DNA from: Nitrospirota bacterium
GTDB lineage: Bacteria; Nitrospirota; UBA9217
DNA length: 64,000 nucleotides
Assembly: GCA_963754875.1 (NCBI GenBank)
Contig: CAVWHO010000019.1
Span: forward strand, 64,001-128,000
Direction of reading: 5' to 3'
In this document: positions 20,345 to 31,047 of the stretch, in pieces
Layout of the letters: the number at the start of each line of letters is the position of its first letter
Numbering within the stretch: the stretch's first letter is position 1
The notes under the pieces: model-generated
Databases searched by the model: none
What the model was told of the DNA's origin: nothing
What the model saw: the letters and a program-made list of their open reading frames with translations, nothing else
Made by a program: the position numbers and the translations under genes

Positions 20345-20641
20345 ATGAAGAAGATCGGAGTAGTGTTCGCAGTTGTGATTTTTGTTGTATCGTTGGTTTC
20401 TCTGGCGTTTGCAGCTGGCATGCAGAAGGGTACTATCAAGAGCGTAGATGCAAAGACCGGCACGGTAGTGTTCTGTGAAGAAGGCACCAACAAGGATGTG
20501 ACCCTGAAAGCAGACAAGTCCGTTGATCTCGGCAAAATAAATGCCGGAGAAAAGGTAGAGGTCTCCATCGAGAAAGACATGCTGAAGCACGTGATGGCCG
20601 CTCCGGCCGCAGCGAAGCCGAAGGCACCGGTGGGTTGCTAG
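20345..20641 (+). CDS. Small secreted protein ending in ...KPKAPVGC
   Basis: GGAGG upstream, signal peptide ending AFA, small beta-rich domain, Ala/Lys/Pro linker, terminal Gly-Cys, followed by a terminator. Confidence 0.8.
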   Translation: MKKIGVVFAVVIFVVSLVSLAFAAGMQKGTIKSVDAKTGTVVFCEEGTNKDVTLKADKSVDLGKINAGEKVEVSIEKDMLKHVMAAPAAAKPKAPVGC

Positions 20642-20662
20642 GCTAATAACGCATTCATCAGT

Positions 20663-20699
20663 AAGGGAGTCCCCGTAAGGGCGACTCCCTTTTTCTTTT
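20663..20699 (+). terminator. Rho-independent terminator
   Basis: GGGAGTC-CCCGTAAGGGC-GACTCCC followed by a T-run. Confidence 0.8.
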
Positions 20700-20750
20700 G
20701 TGCGCCCGCGCCATATTTCTTAACGAACATTCTTGTAAATCGAACAGTGT

Positions 20751-21231
20751 ATGAGACTTTGGTCGCCGCACCCTCGATATCTTGGTCCTCAGGGATTGTT
20801 TGCCCTCTGGCGGGAAGGACTGCTTGCACAAAAGGTCCTGCAGGGGAAAACAGCAGGATATCGGAATCATCCGCAGCTTGAACGTTTCCATCCCCAGCCC
20901 CGGTCACGGCTATTGCAACCTATCTGCATGCTGTCCATGGAGAATCGTTTCGAGGCGGCTACTCTTTCAACTCGGATAAAATAGCTGCCCTTGATGTTGT
21001 CGAACAATTCCCTGTACCCGTGGACAACTGCTGTTTGAGGTTACGCATTTGAAAAAGAAACTCAGAGGCCGGAATACCGAGCGATTCCGCAATTTGCTGC
21101 ACGACCAGGAGATTGGCTTGCAACCCCTTTTTTCCCTGAGAAACGGAGAAGTCGAACTGTGGGAGCAACGGCCCGGGAGCACGACCCTTCAACAAGGCGT
21201 ACAGAGAGGGGCGTCCCACAAAATACCTTGA
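20751..21231 (+). pseudogene. Pyrimidine-dimer DNA glycosylase / endonuclease V family, two frameshifts
   Basis: MRLWSPHPRYLGPQGLFALWREGLLAQKVLQGKTAGYRNHPQLERF, then frame 2 PVTAIATYLHAVHGES..GGYSFNSDKI, then frame 3 TRGQLLFEVTHLKKKL...QPLF...GEVELWE. Confidence 0.7.
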
Positions 21232-21314
21232 TTTATAGGGGAGTTTGTTTTATTATTGTCATCCAATTGCGGACAGATGAGAACCGTAAAAACAGAAACA
21301 ACGAGGAGGAAGCA

Positions 21315-21545
21315 GTGATCAAAGTGAACCAGGAAGAGCTCAAACAAAAGATCGAGAAACTGAAAAAGGCGGCAACGGAAAGGGCGACGAAGGCGGAAGG
21401 CAAAAAGGGGGCCGACACGGGGGTCCGCAAGGCACGCAAACAGGTCAAGCGGGCACAGAGAAAACTTCGTGCTGCCAAGGCGTACAAGTCTGCGGGTAAG
21501 AAAGCCGGCGAAGCGAAGCCGGCCGAGGAAAAGGCGTCCGCGTAG
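21315..21545 (+). CDS. Small, very basic Lys/Ala-rich hypothetical protein
   Basis: GAGGAGG RBS then GTG at 21315; 76 aa, helical and Lys-rich. Confidence 0.65.
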   Translation: MIKVNQEELKQKIEKLKKAATERATKAEGKKGADTGVRKARKQVKRAQRKLRAAKAYKSAGKKAGEAKPAEEKASA

Positions 21546-21560
21546 CCGGAAGGCAACAGC

Positions 21561-22289
21561 GTGTCGCGCGTCCCTTCTCATAGGATGATGCCGTTGCGCA
21601 GGGCATGCGTGCTCTTCGCGGTCGTGGTGTCGGCAGCAGCATGCGCGGGTACGGTCGGCCCGTCGGCGCGGAGGGCTGCTCCGGCGCCGTCCCAGCCCAT
21701 TGCATCGTCGGTCACTTCATCGGTAACAGCACCTGCCCGGGGGCCTGCCCCCGTCTCCCGGGAAACAGGGACCGCAGCCTGGTACGGCAAGGAGTATCAG
21801 GGGAAGAAGACGGCGAGCGGAGAGGTCTTTGACATGAACAGCCTCACTGCCGCCCACCGGACCTTGCCGCTCGGCACGGTCATTCGAGTTACTAATCTTG
21901 AAAATGAAAAAAGCGTTACCGTTGCCATAAACGACCGCGGCCCATTCACCAATAATTGCATTCTGGATCTTTCCTACGCGGCAGCCAGGAAGCTGGGTAT
22001 CGTTGCTCAAGGCACGGGGCGCGTGCAGATCGATATACTGGAAGCAGGGCGTGAGCCGGCGCAGTATACGGTGAATGCCGCGACCTTTACCGAGGAAGAG
22101 AATGCACGACTTCTGAAATTCCGTCTATCAAAAAAGTTCGAAGTGGTTACCATCGTACCGTTCGAGACGAATGTTGCCAGGTTCTATCGAGTACGCGTCG
22201 GGTCCTATTCATCAGAAGAGCTTGCGGAACATGTGGCAGCGAAGTTGGCGCGCGAGGGGCTTGAAGCGGTCGTCTTGCGAAAAGACTGA
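21561..22289 (+). CDS. rlpA: Septal ring lytic transglycosylase RlpA family lipoprotein with SPOR domain
   Basis: Lipobox AAC, GTAAWYG, TASGE.FD...TAAHRTLP, INDRGPF, C-terminal YRVRVG; start codon uncertain. Confidence 0.9.
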   Translation: MSRVPSHRMMPLRRACVLFAVVVSAAACAGTVGPSARRAAPAPSQPIASSVTSSVTAPARGPAPVSRETGTAAWYGKEYQGKKTASGEVFDMNSLTAAHRTLPLGTVIRVTNLENEKSVTVAINDRGPFTNNCILDLSYAAARKLGIVAQGTGRVQIDILEAGREPAQYTVNAATFTEEENARLLKFRLSKKFEVVTIVPFETNVARFYRVRVGSYSSEELAEHVAAKLAREGLEAVVLRKD

Positions 22290-22493
22290 ACTCACTCAAT
22301 GAAAATTAGTGACTCTGTAAACAATACGGATTTAACCACGAGGCATACCCTGCTGTTGCCAGGACGCGGGCACAAGCAGAGAAAACCTGTTTATGTGTAA
22401 TAAGCGTTTTTTCCCTGTCTCCGTGCCCTGCGGTAGATATTTTTTGCAGTTTTTACAAAATGAAGATGATAGTGGAGAATCCAGGCAGGTCCT

Positions 22494-23990
22494 ATGAAGA
22501 TTAACGTCAGTGCAGGCACGCTCGAAAAACACAAAACAGACGGTGCAGCCATCCTTCTCTTCGCAGAGGAGAAATTCGGGGCTACGTTGGCGCGGATCGA
22601 TAAAGCGCTCGGTGGGACTGTGGCGCAGCTCATAGAACGCGGTGATTTTAAGCCCAAGCCGGGAGCAGTCCATCTTCTTTACCCCGAAGGCCGGATCGCA
22701 GCAAAGCGGCTGGTCCTCGCCGGACTGGGCAAGCGGAGCGAGTTCACGCTCAACCGCCTGCGGCAGGCTGTCGGCAAGGCAGCTCCTTCGTTGCGGGCAG
22801 CCGGAGCACGGGATGTCACTCTCCTCGTTGAAGATTACGGCCTGGATCCTGAAGGAGTGTCCCAAGCCCTGGCCGAAGGGAGCATGCTCGGCCTCTACCG
22901 CTTTTTGAAATACAAAACCAACGACGAGAACGACCGGAAGAAAGATATCATGTCGATCATGCTTCTGACCGAGACCACTGCTTCGGTCAAAGCCCTTCAG
23001 GCAGGCGCCAAGGCCGGAGAGGTGATTGCCGACTCCGCCATCATGGTTCGCGACATGGTGAGTTCTCCGCCTGTTGATATGACGCCGACGATCGTAGCCG
23101 CTAAGGCGCGGGAGCTTGCGCGGCAGTTTGGTTTGACCGTACAGGTGCTCGAACGCGCCCAGATGCAGAAGCTCGGCATGGGCGCTCTTCTCGGGGTCGC
23201 TTCGGGGAGCGTGCAGCCGCCGAAGTTCGTCATTATCGAGTACCGGAAGGGCGGGAAAAAACCTGTTATCGCACTTGTGGGCAAGACCATCACTTTCGAT
23301 TCCGGCGGCATATCGATCAAGCCTTCCGAGAACATGGACAAGATGAAGGACGACATGTCAGGCGGGGCAGCGGTGCTCGGAGCGCTCCGCACGGCTGCAG
23401 CACTCAAACTCCCGCTCAACATTGTCGGTCTGCTCCCGGCAACGGAGAACATGCCGAGCGGCAGCGCGTACAAGCCCGGCGATGTGCTCCGGACAATGTC
23501 CGGGAAGACCATCGAGATCATCAATACTGATGCGGAAGGAAGACTTATCCTGTCCGATGCTCTCGCGTACGCATGCCGGTACAAACCGGCGGTGATCGTG
23601 GACATTGCAACGCTCACCGGGGCCTGCAGGGTCGCCCTCGGCCAGGAGGCCACGGGCATGGTCGGCACGGATGAGAAACTGAAGCAGAAGATCCGCGAGG
23701 CCGGCGAGAAGACGGGCGAGCGCGTCTGGGAAATGCCGCTCTGGGAAGGCTACTACGACCAGATCAAGAGCGACATTGCAGACATGAAGAACGCCGGCGG
23801 CAGGGACGGCGGCGTGATCACGGCTGCAGCGCTTCTTTCCAAGTTCGTGCAGAAGTATCCCTGGGTGCACCTTGATATCGCGGCAACTGCCTGGACCGAG
23901 AAGGACCGGCCATATACGCCGAAAGGCGCGACCGGCATCGGAATGCGGCTGTTAACGCAGTTTCTCAGGGACTACGACAAGAAAAATTAG
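22494..23990 (+). CDS. pepA: Leucyl aminopeptidase (M17)
   Basis: GKTITFDSGG, MKDDMSG, NTDAEGRL, DIATLTGA, WVHLDIA. Confidence 0.95.
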   Translation: MKINVSAGTLEKHKTDGAAILLFAEEKFGATLARIDKALGGTVAQLIERGDFKPKPGAVHLLYPEGRIAAKRLVLAGLGKRSEFTLNRLRQAVGKAAPSLRAAGARDVTLLVEDYGLDPEGVSQALAEGSMLGLYRFLKYKTNDENDRKKDIMSIMLLTETTASVKALQAGAKAGEVIADSAIMVRDMVSSPPVDMTPTIVAAKARELARQFGLTVQVLERAQMQKLGMGALLGVASGSVQPPKFVIIEYRKGGKKPVIALVGKTITFDSGGISIKPSENMDKMKDDMSGGAAVLGALRTAAALKLPLNIVGLLPATENMPSGSAYKPGDVLRTMSGKTIEIINTDAEGRLILSDALAYACRYKPAVIVDIATLTGACRVALGQEATGMVGTDEKLKQKIREAGEKTGERVWEMPLWEGYYDQIKSDIADMKNAGGRDGGVITAAALLSKFVQKYPWVHLDIAATAWTEKDRPYTPKGATGIGMRLLTQFLRDYDKKN

Positions 23991-24123
23991 CCACAGGACA
24001 CGGAGGAACTGAGAAAGACGAGAGCATTAAGCATCAGGGACGAAAAAAACAGGAATATATTCTTCAATTGCTTTCAGTACACAATCGTTCATGATTCTCT
24101 CTGTGTCTCCGAGTCTCTGTGGC
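23990..24123. repeat. Imperfect palindromic intergenic element (GCCACAG...CTGTGGC type)
   Basis: GCCACAGGACACGGAG... at left pairs imperfectly with CTCTGTGTCTCCGAGTCTCTGTGGC at right, around an AT-rich core. Confidence 0.6.
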
Positions 24124-24133
24124 GGAATTCCTT

Positions 24134-25033
24134 ATGGACCTCCATCAGATCGAAATATTCTGCACCCTCATCAAACTCTGCAGTTTCTCAAAAGCAGCTG
24201 AAGCACTCTACCTCACCCAGCCGACCGTGAGCGGCCATATTAAAAATCTTGAACAGGAACTGGGAGTAAAACTTCTCGACCGCCTCGGCAAACAGGTCAT
24301 GCCCACAGAGGCCGGGGATATGCTTTTTCGGCACGGGCAGGAGCTTCTTACTCTGCGCGATCGGGCCCGAGAGGAAATCGCGGGCCTGTCAGGCCGGGTG
24401 AGCGGCCTCCTGAAGATCGGCGGGAGCACAATACCCGGCGCCTACCTTCTTCCGTCGTTCATCGGAACATTCAAGAAACAACATCCCTCCGCTACCATTC
24501 AGCTCCTTATCGACGATACCGTGAAGATAACACAAGCCGTGTTGAACGGTGATCTCCATCTTGGTGTCGTCGGCGCACCTATGATTGACCCCCAATTGGA
24601 GAGCCACCCGTACCTGCGGGATGAACTCGTTGTTGCGGTACCAGCGACGCACGCCTGGGCCAAAAAACGGACCATCACGCCCGAGGCCCTGTGCGGGGCG
24701 CCGTTCATTCTCCGTGAAACAGGTTCGGGTACGCGCCGCACCATGGAAGAGCGGCTCGGGGAAACGGGTATCTCAATCGCAGACCTGAACACGATTGCGG
24801 TGATGGGAAGCAGCGACGCTGTGCGCCAGTCAATAAAAGGCGGGCTCGGCATATCGATCCTCTCGATCCGTGCGATCAAGGATGATATCGTTGCAAAAAG
24901 GCTTGCTGCAGTGCGGCTCAAGGGGATGCCGATCGAACGGAATTTTTCCATTATCTTGCGCAAGGGCAAGAGCCGTTCGACTTTGTGCCAGACCTTCCTC
25001 AATTTTCTTCTTAAAGTGAAGTCGAGCGCCTGA
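24134..25033 (+). CDS. LysR family regulator (CysL / selenium-metabolism-associated type)
   Basis: SFSKAAEALYLTQPTVS HTH, GSTIPGAYLLP, RETGSGTR. Confidence 0.88.
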   Translation: MDLHQIEIFCTLIKLCSFSKAAEALYLTQPTVSGHIKNLEQELGVKLLDRLGKQVMPTEAGDMLFRHGQELLTLRDRAREEIAGLSGRVSGLLKIGGSTIPGAYLLPSFIGTFKKQHPSATIQLLIDDTVKITQAVLNGDLHLGVVGAPMIDPQLESHPYLRDELVVAVPATHAWAKKRTITPEALCGAPFILRETGSGTRRTMEERLGETGISIADLNTIAVMGSSDAVRQSIKGGLGISILSIRAIKDDIVAKRLAAVRLKGMPIERNFSIILRKGKSRSTLCQTFLNFLLKVKSSA

Positions 25034-25148
25034 TGCCGTCGACTTCCCACGCCGCAACTACACAAGCCTCTCAAAATTTGCAAGTAACTTCTCCTGTTTT
25101 CAAACCCCTTCATTGACACGTCTGTTCCATATGGAGTAATATTTATTC

Positions 25149-27155
25149 ATGACGAGATTTAAAATCGTATCAGACTTTAAACCTACAGGCGACCAGCCGC
25201 AGGCGATCGATAAACTGACCGAAGGCGTCGTCAAGGGCCTTCCGCACCAGGTGCTTCTGGGTGTGACCGGGTCAGGCAAGACGTTCACCATAGCAAACGT
25301 GGTGGAGCGGGTCCAGAGGCCCACGCTCGTTATTGCCCATAACAAGACCCTGGCTGCGCAGTTGTATAACGAGTTCAAAGAGCTCTTTCCCGAGAATGCG
25401 GTGGAGTACTTCGTCTCCTATTACGATTACTACCAACCCGAAGCGTACCTGCCCACGACCGACACCTATATAGAGAAAGATTCTTCCATCAATGAGCAGA
25501 TCGACCGCATGCGGCACTCGGCAACGAATTCACTCTTCGAACGGAGCGACGTGATCGTGGTGTCTTCGGTCTCGTGCATCTACGGCCTGGGCTCGCCGGA
25601 AGCATACCACGGCATGTTGCTCTTTCTGGAAAAAGGCCAGCAGCTCGAACGGAACGAGATCCTCCGGAAACTCGTGGACATCCAGTACACGCGGAACGAC
25701 TTCGATTTCCAGCGCGGCACGTTCCGGGTGCGCGGGGACGTGGTGGAAATCTTTCCCGCGTCCTTTGAGAATACGGCAATCCGCGTCGAGCTGTTCGGCG
25801 ACGAGATCGACGCGATCTCGGAGTTCGACCCGCTCCTGGGCACGCCGCTCAAAAAGCTCGAAAAAGTCGCCATTTATCCGGGCAGCCATTATGTGATCCC
25901 GGAATCGCGCATGAAAGCGGCCATTGACGGCATTCACGAGGAGCTCCGAGAGCGAATCCAGCATTTCCGCAAGATGAACAAGCTGATCGAGGCCCAGCGC
26001 ATCGAGCAGCGGACCATGTTCGACCTCGAAATGATCCAGGAAATGGGCTACTGCCACGGGATCGAAAACTACTCGCGACACCTTTCAGGACGGGCGCCGG
26101 GGGAAGCTCCGCCGACATTGCTCGATTACTTCCCCAAGGATTTCCTGCTCGTTGTTGACGAGTCCCATGCCACGGTCCCGCAGATCGGCGGCATGTACAA
26201 CGGCGATCGGGCGCGCAAACAGACGCTGGTGGAGTTCGGCTTCCGTTTGCCTTCGGCCCTCGACAACCGTCCGCTCAACTTTGAAGAGTTCGAGGCACGC
26301 GTGCACCAGACCGTGTATGTTTCCGCTACACCGTCGGATTTCGAGACGAATAAATCCGGCAACCGGATCATTGAGCAGGTCATTCGTCCGACAGGGCTCA
26401 CCGACCCGCAGATCGCGATCAGGCCCGTCAAGGGACAGGTGGACGATCTTTTGAACGAGATCAGGAAGCGGGCCGAAATAAAAGAGCGGGTGCTCGTGAC
26501 CACGCTCACAAAGAGAATGGCGGAGGATCTGACCGAGCATTACAAGGAACTGAATGTGAAGGTCGCCTATCTGCACTCCGATATCGATACGCTCGAACGG
26601 GTGGATATCATCCGCGATCTGCGCCTGGGCAAATACGACGTGCTCGTCGGCATCAACCTGCTCCGTGAAGGGCTTGACATCCCCGAGGTATCACTGGTGG
26701 CGATCCTGGACGCGGACAAGGAAGGGTTCCTGCGCTCCACGCGGTCGCTCATCCAGACCATGGGCCGCGCTGCCCGGCATGTGAACGGCGAGGTCATTCT
26801 CTACGCAGAGCGGATCACCGATTCGATGAGGAATGCGATCAGCGAAACGAACCGACGGCGAACGGTCCAGGAAGAGTACAACAAGAAGCACAACATTACG
26901 CCGATATCCATCAAGAAGAACATCCAGGCCACGCTCCGGACCGTGTACGAGCAGGATTACTTTACCGTGCCGATCGCTGCAGAAGATGCCGGAGAATACG
27001 TGCCCACGGTGAACATCCCCGCGCTCATTGCATCGCTCGATAAACAGATGCGTGCAGCAGCCAAGGAACTGGATTTCGAAACAGCAGCAGAGCTTCGGGA
27101 CAAGATCAGGTCACTCAGGCAGCAGGAAATGGCGGTAGGGGTGAAAGTGGAGTAA
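25149..27155 (+). CDS. uvrB: Excinuclease ABC subunit B
   Basis: [27 protein letters not shown]-terminal UVR domain. Confidence 0.98.
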   Translation: MTRFKIVSDFKPTGDQPQAIDKLTEGVVKGLPHQVLLGVTGSGKTFTIANVVERVQRPTLVIAHNKTLAAQLYNEFKELFPENAVEYFVSYYDYYQPEAYLPTTDTYIEKDSSINEQIDRMRHSATNSLFERSDVIVVSSVSCIYGLGSPEAYHGMLLFLEKGQQLERNEILRKLVDIQYTRNDFDFQRGTFRVRGDVVEIFPASFENTAIRVELFGDEIDAISEFDPLLGTPLKKLEKVAIYPGSHYVIPESRMKAAIDGIHEELRERIQHFRKMNKLIEAQRIEQRTMFDLEMIQEMGYCHGIENYSRHLSGRAPGEAPPTLLDYFPKDFLLVVDESHATVPQIGGMYNGDRARKQTLVEFGFRLPSALDNRPLNFEEFEARVHQTVYVSATPSDFETNKSGNRIIEQVIRPTGLTDPQIAIRPVKGQVDDLLNEIRKRAEIKERVLVTTLTKRMAEDLTEHYKELNVKVAYLHSDIDTLERVDIIRDLRLGKYDVLVGINLLREGLDIPEVSLVAILDADKEGFLRSTRSLIQTMGRAARHVNGEVILYAERITDSMRNAISETNRRRTVQEEYNKKHNITPISIKKNIQATLRTVYEQDYFTVPIAAEDAGEYVPTVNIPALIASLDKQMRAAAKELDFETAAELRDKIRSLRQQEMAVGVKVE

Positions 27156-27224
27156 AAGGCAGGGGACAGGGGACAGGGTAACAAGGGCATGGCTGTTGCG
27201 GATGAAATCTAAGGTCCTTTCACC

Positions 27225-27782
27225 TTAATATCTTTGCGGCAATTCGTTTTTTCCTTTTGAAAGATCCAGATGCACGGTAACGTTGTCATCAGACAGCCAG
27301 ACCTGTCCGTCTTGAATCGAACAGTGAAGCTGCATGGTGCGCTGTGCAAGTTTTGTCAACTCCTGGCCGGCCCCAACAGGCAGGTTGATGACAACCAGGT
27401 TTTTTAAACTTTCGAGGCCGCCCTTTACCTGCTTCCACCAGACATCTGCGCTATGGCCGCTGAAGCTGTAGACGACCACCTGCTTCGCTCGTCCGCAGGC
27501 CTTGCGGAGGCGTTTTTCGTCAGGCTGGCCCACATCGATCCAGAGCTCGATCGCCCCGGTCAAATCCTTTTGCCACAACGCAGGCTCGTCATCAGTACTC
27601 ATCCCTTCCGCAAACGCTAAAGCTTCATGGGCGTGAAGAACAAAGGCAAGCAGCCGCACCATCATGCGTTCGTCGTTTTCCGATGGGTGGCGGGCGATGG
27701 TGAGGAAATGGTCCTGGTAGTAATTGCGGTCCATGTCGCTTATATGGAGTGCAGCTTTAAAGATCGTTGCTTTCAAAGCCAT
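27225..27782 (-). CDS. yaeQ: YaeQ family protein
   Basis: MALKATIFKA.L.ISDMDR.YY, ARHPSE.DERMM.RLLA, WIDVGQPD. Confidence 0.92.
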   Translation of the reverse strand: MALKATIFKAALHISDMDRNYYQDHFLTIARHPSENDERMMVRLLAFVLHAHEALAFAEGMSTDDEPALWQKDLTGAIELWIDVGQPDEKRLRKACGRAKQVVVYSFSGHSADVWWKQVKGGLESLKNLVVINLPVGAGQELTKLAQRTMQLHCSIQDGQVWLSDDNVTVHLDLSKGKNELPQRY

Positions 27783-27824
27783 ATCAAAGATTCCGTTTCC
27801 GGACGAAGGGAAATCTTCCCATCC

Positions 27825-28019
27825 TTACGAGAGAACAGCTTTCACCCGTCCCACAGCTCCGCTCTCAAGCCTTACCTTGATCCCGTGCGGGTGCGTGGGA
27901 GATTTTGTCAGTATCTCAGCCACAATCCCTTCGGTCAAGTTACCGCTCCGCTGGTCGCTCTTCAATACGATCGAAACACGCAAGCCCCGTGTAATGTCAG
28001 CACGTCTCGTCCCATCCAT
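27825..28019 (-). CDS. YwbE family protein (DUF2196)
   Basis: IVLK.DQRSG.LTEG.V..ILTKS..HPHGIKVRL..G.VGRV. Confidence 0.9.
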   Translation of the reverse strand: MDGTRRADITRGLRVSIVLKSDQRSGNLTEGIVAEILTKSPTHPHGIKVRLESGAVGRVKAVLS

Positions 28020-28195
28020 AATACATTTCTCAAAGTAACGTATCGTTACGGCTCGATTGAGTAGTGCAGCCTACCTTATGTGAACATGAAATGCAAGAAT
28101 TTTGAAAGGCAAGGGCCAGTCCGCAAATATAGCTAGCCCCTTGCCCCTTAGGGGAACCTAATGTACGCTAAACATCGACCGCTTGTTGCAACCAG

Positions 28196-28910
28196 CTACT
28201 TTTTTACATCCACCATTAAAAGCTCGGCATCGTTTTCAGCAACTACGTCAATCTCTGCTTCCTCGGTGATCATTGCCGCGCCCAGGGTCGGCACTTTCGT
28301 GCTATTCACGGTTATCGGTCCTCCCTCCAGCACGTAAAGATAAATACCCCGTCCGTCCTCAAGCTCATAATGCTCGGTCTTCCCGGCATGAAGAAAACTG
28401 GAAAGCACCCTGGCATCGGAAACGATCGGCAGGGTGCCCTTATCCCTGTTCGATACCAGCGGCAGAAACCTGTCAGTCCTGCTCTCCTTCTCGATTGCCT
28501 TCTGTTCTACGGCGGGTTCGAGGCCTTGCTTGGACGGGTAGAACCACATCTGGATGAAGCGCATCGGCTCGTCCGGACAGATTGTTGATCTCCGAGTGCC
28601 ACATGCCGCGGCCGACCGTCGTATGCTGCACCCATCCTTTCTTGAGAACGCCGCCTTTGCCGCGCTCGTCCGCGTGCCTGAATTCCCCGGCAGCAACGTA
28701 GGTGACGACCTCGTTGTCCTGATGGGGATGGAGCGGCCAGACTGCGCCGGGTGTCAGCGTGTCATCATTAAAGACGCGAAGCTCTCCAAAATCTTTAAAT
28801 CGGGGATCAAAGTAATCGCCGAAGGAGAAATGCCATCTTCCGTGGAAGTCTCCGTTCTCGATCTCGCCATCGATCTGATATATGTTTTTGGGATCACGAA
28901 CCTGTATCAT
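28196..28910 (-). CDS. Pirin family protein (YhhW-like); frameshift near 28577
   Basis: HFSFGDYFDP, LRVFNDD, HPHQDNE, GRGMWHSEIN, then shifted frame PDEPMRFIQMW...YLYVLEG. Confidence 0.85.
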
Positions 28911-29121
28911 GGTTTGCCTCCTTTTCCTTAAAAGAGGAGCTATATCCTCTCGTTGCATTATACATCAGAGGCATACCGTTTTTGCTATGAAAAAAGTGTC
29001 TGGTTTTTATAGGATTCATCGGCACGCGCGCTGCCTACCTTTTTAACGGATTTTTTAGACTTTCCCGAGAACTCAATTCCGCGTTCCGCAATGCGTCCAT
29101 CCGTGGTACAATAATCATGCA

Positions 29122-30969
29122 ATGACCCTCGAAGAAAAACTCCAGAACCTCCCGGACGAGCCGGGAGTCTATATGATGAAGGACAGCCGGGGGCACATCA
29201 TCTACATCGGCAAGGCCGTGTCCCTCTGGAACCGGGTCCGTTCGTATTTTCAGAAGGGCAGCAAAGGCGAGAAGACCGAGATCATGGTACGCCAGATCGC
29301 CGACCTTGAGACTATCGTGACCCACACCGAGCTTGAGGCCCTGGCGCTCGAATCGAACCTTATCAAGAAACACCATCCCCGGTACAACATCATCCTTCGC
29401 GACGACAAGAACTATCCGTACCTCCGGTTCGATCTGAAACCCGAATATCCCCGGCTCGAGGTCGTGCGCAGGATCAAGAAGGACGGCGCTCTCTACTACG
29501 GTCCCTATGTCCCGGCCGGCGGCATGTGGGAGACGCTCGCGCTCATCCGCCGCACGTTCCCGATCGCCCCGTGTAAGATCGAATTCAAGGCGGACAAGCC
29601 GGGGCGTCCCTGCATCCAGTTCCAGATCGGCCGCTGCTTGGGGCCGTGCTCGGGAGAAGTTGACAAGGCAGCATATTCCGACGTCGTTTCCCAGGTCCGT
29701 TTTTTCCTCGAAGGCAAGAACCGCGACCTCCTCGATATGCTGAAGCAGCGCATGGAAGAAGCATCAGAGAAAATGGAATACGAGCGGGCTGCCGAGCTCC
29801 GCGACCGGATCGCGAAGATAGAGGGCGCATTCGAAAAACAGAAGATCATTTCTTCCGGCTTTGAGAACCAGGACGTGATCGGCATGGCCTTCGAAACCGA
29901 TCGCGCGGACATCCAGGCGCTCTTTATCAGGAACGGCCTGCTGCTGGGGCGGAAGGATTTTTATCTCGACGACGTGCGGGGCATGACCGAAGAGGAAGTG
30001 TTGAACGACTTTCTGCGCCAGTTCTATGCAAAAGAGATGATCGTGCCACCCGAGGTTCTTCTTCCGATCGAGGTTCCTGACCGCGCGACCATCGAGCATT
30101 GGCTCATGGACAAGCGTGACGCTAAAGTGGAGGTTCTGGTACCGCAGCGCGGCCGAAAGCGAGAGCTCGTCCAGATGGCATCGGACAATGCGGCGCAGTC
30201 GTTGCGGGAACACACCCTTTCGCAGAGGAGCAAAGAAAAGATCCTGCTGCGGCTCCAGGAGGAACTGGGGCTCCTGAACCTGCCGCGCAGGATAGAGGCC
30301 TTCGATATCTCGCAGATCCAGGGCACCGAGTCTGTCGCGAGCATGGTGTCCTTCGAGGACAACCTGCCGGACAAAAGAAACTACAAGAAATTCAAGATTC
30401 GGACCGTTGCGGGCCAGGATGACTTCGCGAGCATGGCGGAAGTCATCAGGCGGAGGTATACCAGGGCGAAGGAAGAGGGCGTCCTGCCCGATCTGATCCT
30501 GATCGACGGAGGCAAAGGCCAACTCAACGCGGCACTCGACGTGCTGAAGGAATTAGACGTAAAAGGTCCCGATATCATCGGTCTTGCCAAGGCCCGGAGC
30601 GGCGACGAGGGTGCTGAACGGGAATTTGAACGCGTATTCCTGCCCGGTGTTGACGAGCCGGTGATCCTTGATCCGACGAGCGCTGTTACCCACCTGGTCG
30701 CGCGGGTGCGCGATGAGGCGCACCGGTTCGCGATCACCTATCATCGCAAACTTAGGGAGAAGCGAGCCGTGCATTCGGAGCTCGATGATATTACCGGCAT
30801 CGGCGAAACGAGGAAAAAAGCGCTGCTGCGGCATTTCGGGAGCGTCGAAAAGATCAAACAGGCGACTGTGGAAGAACTGGCAGTGGTGAAGGGGATGTCG
30901 AAGAAGGTAGCGGAGGAAGTAGCAAACTATTTTCAAGGCGCCAGGGTTCAGGGACGAGGGTCCTGGTAA
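29122..30969 (+). CDS. uvrC: Excinuclease ABC subunit C
   Basis: PGVY.M, YIGKA, RDDK.YPY, IEAFDIS, IDGGKGQL, RDEAHRFA, HhH. Confidence 0.98.
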   Translation: MTLEEKLQNLPDEPGVYMMKDSRGHIIYIGKAVSLWNRVRSYFQKGSKGEKTEIMVRQIADLETIVTHTELEALALESNLIKKHHPRYNIILRDDKNYPYLRFDLKPEYPRLEVVRRIKKDGALYYGPYVPAGGMWETLALIRRTFPIAPCKIEFKADKPGRPCIQFQIGRCLGPCSGEVDKAAYSDVVSQVRFFLEGKNRDLLDMLKQRMEEASEKMEYERAAELRDRIAKIEGAFEKQKIISSGFENQDVIGMAFETDRADIQALFIRNGLLLGRKDFYLDDVRGMTEEEVLNDFLRQFYAKEMIVPPEVLLPIEVPDRATIEHWLMDKRDAKVEVLVPQRGRKRELVQMASDNAAQSLREHTLSQRSKEKILLRLQEELGLLNLPRRIEAFDISQIQGTESVASMVSFEDNLPDKRNYKKFKIRTVAGQDDFASMAEVIRRRYTRAKEEGVLPDLILIDGGKGQLNAALDVLKELDVKGPDIIGLAKARSGDEGAEREFERVFLPGVDEPVILDPTSAVTHLVARVRDEAHRFAITYHRKLREKRAVHSELDDITGIGETRKKALLRHFGSVEKIKQATVEELAVVKGMSKKVAEEVANYFQGARVQGRGSW

Positions 30970-31047
30970 TAGAGGGGGAGATTATAGAGGGACATGGTTG
31001 TTTTTCCTGGCCCCGGATAGTGCCCCCTTTTCATCCAAGGAGTTTTC

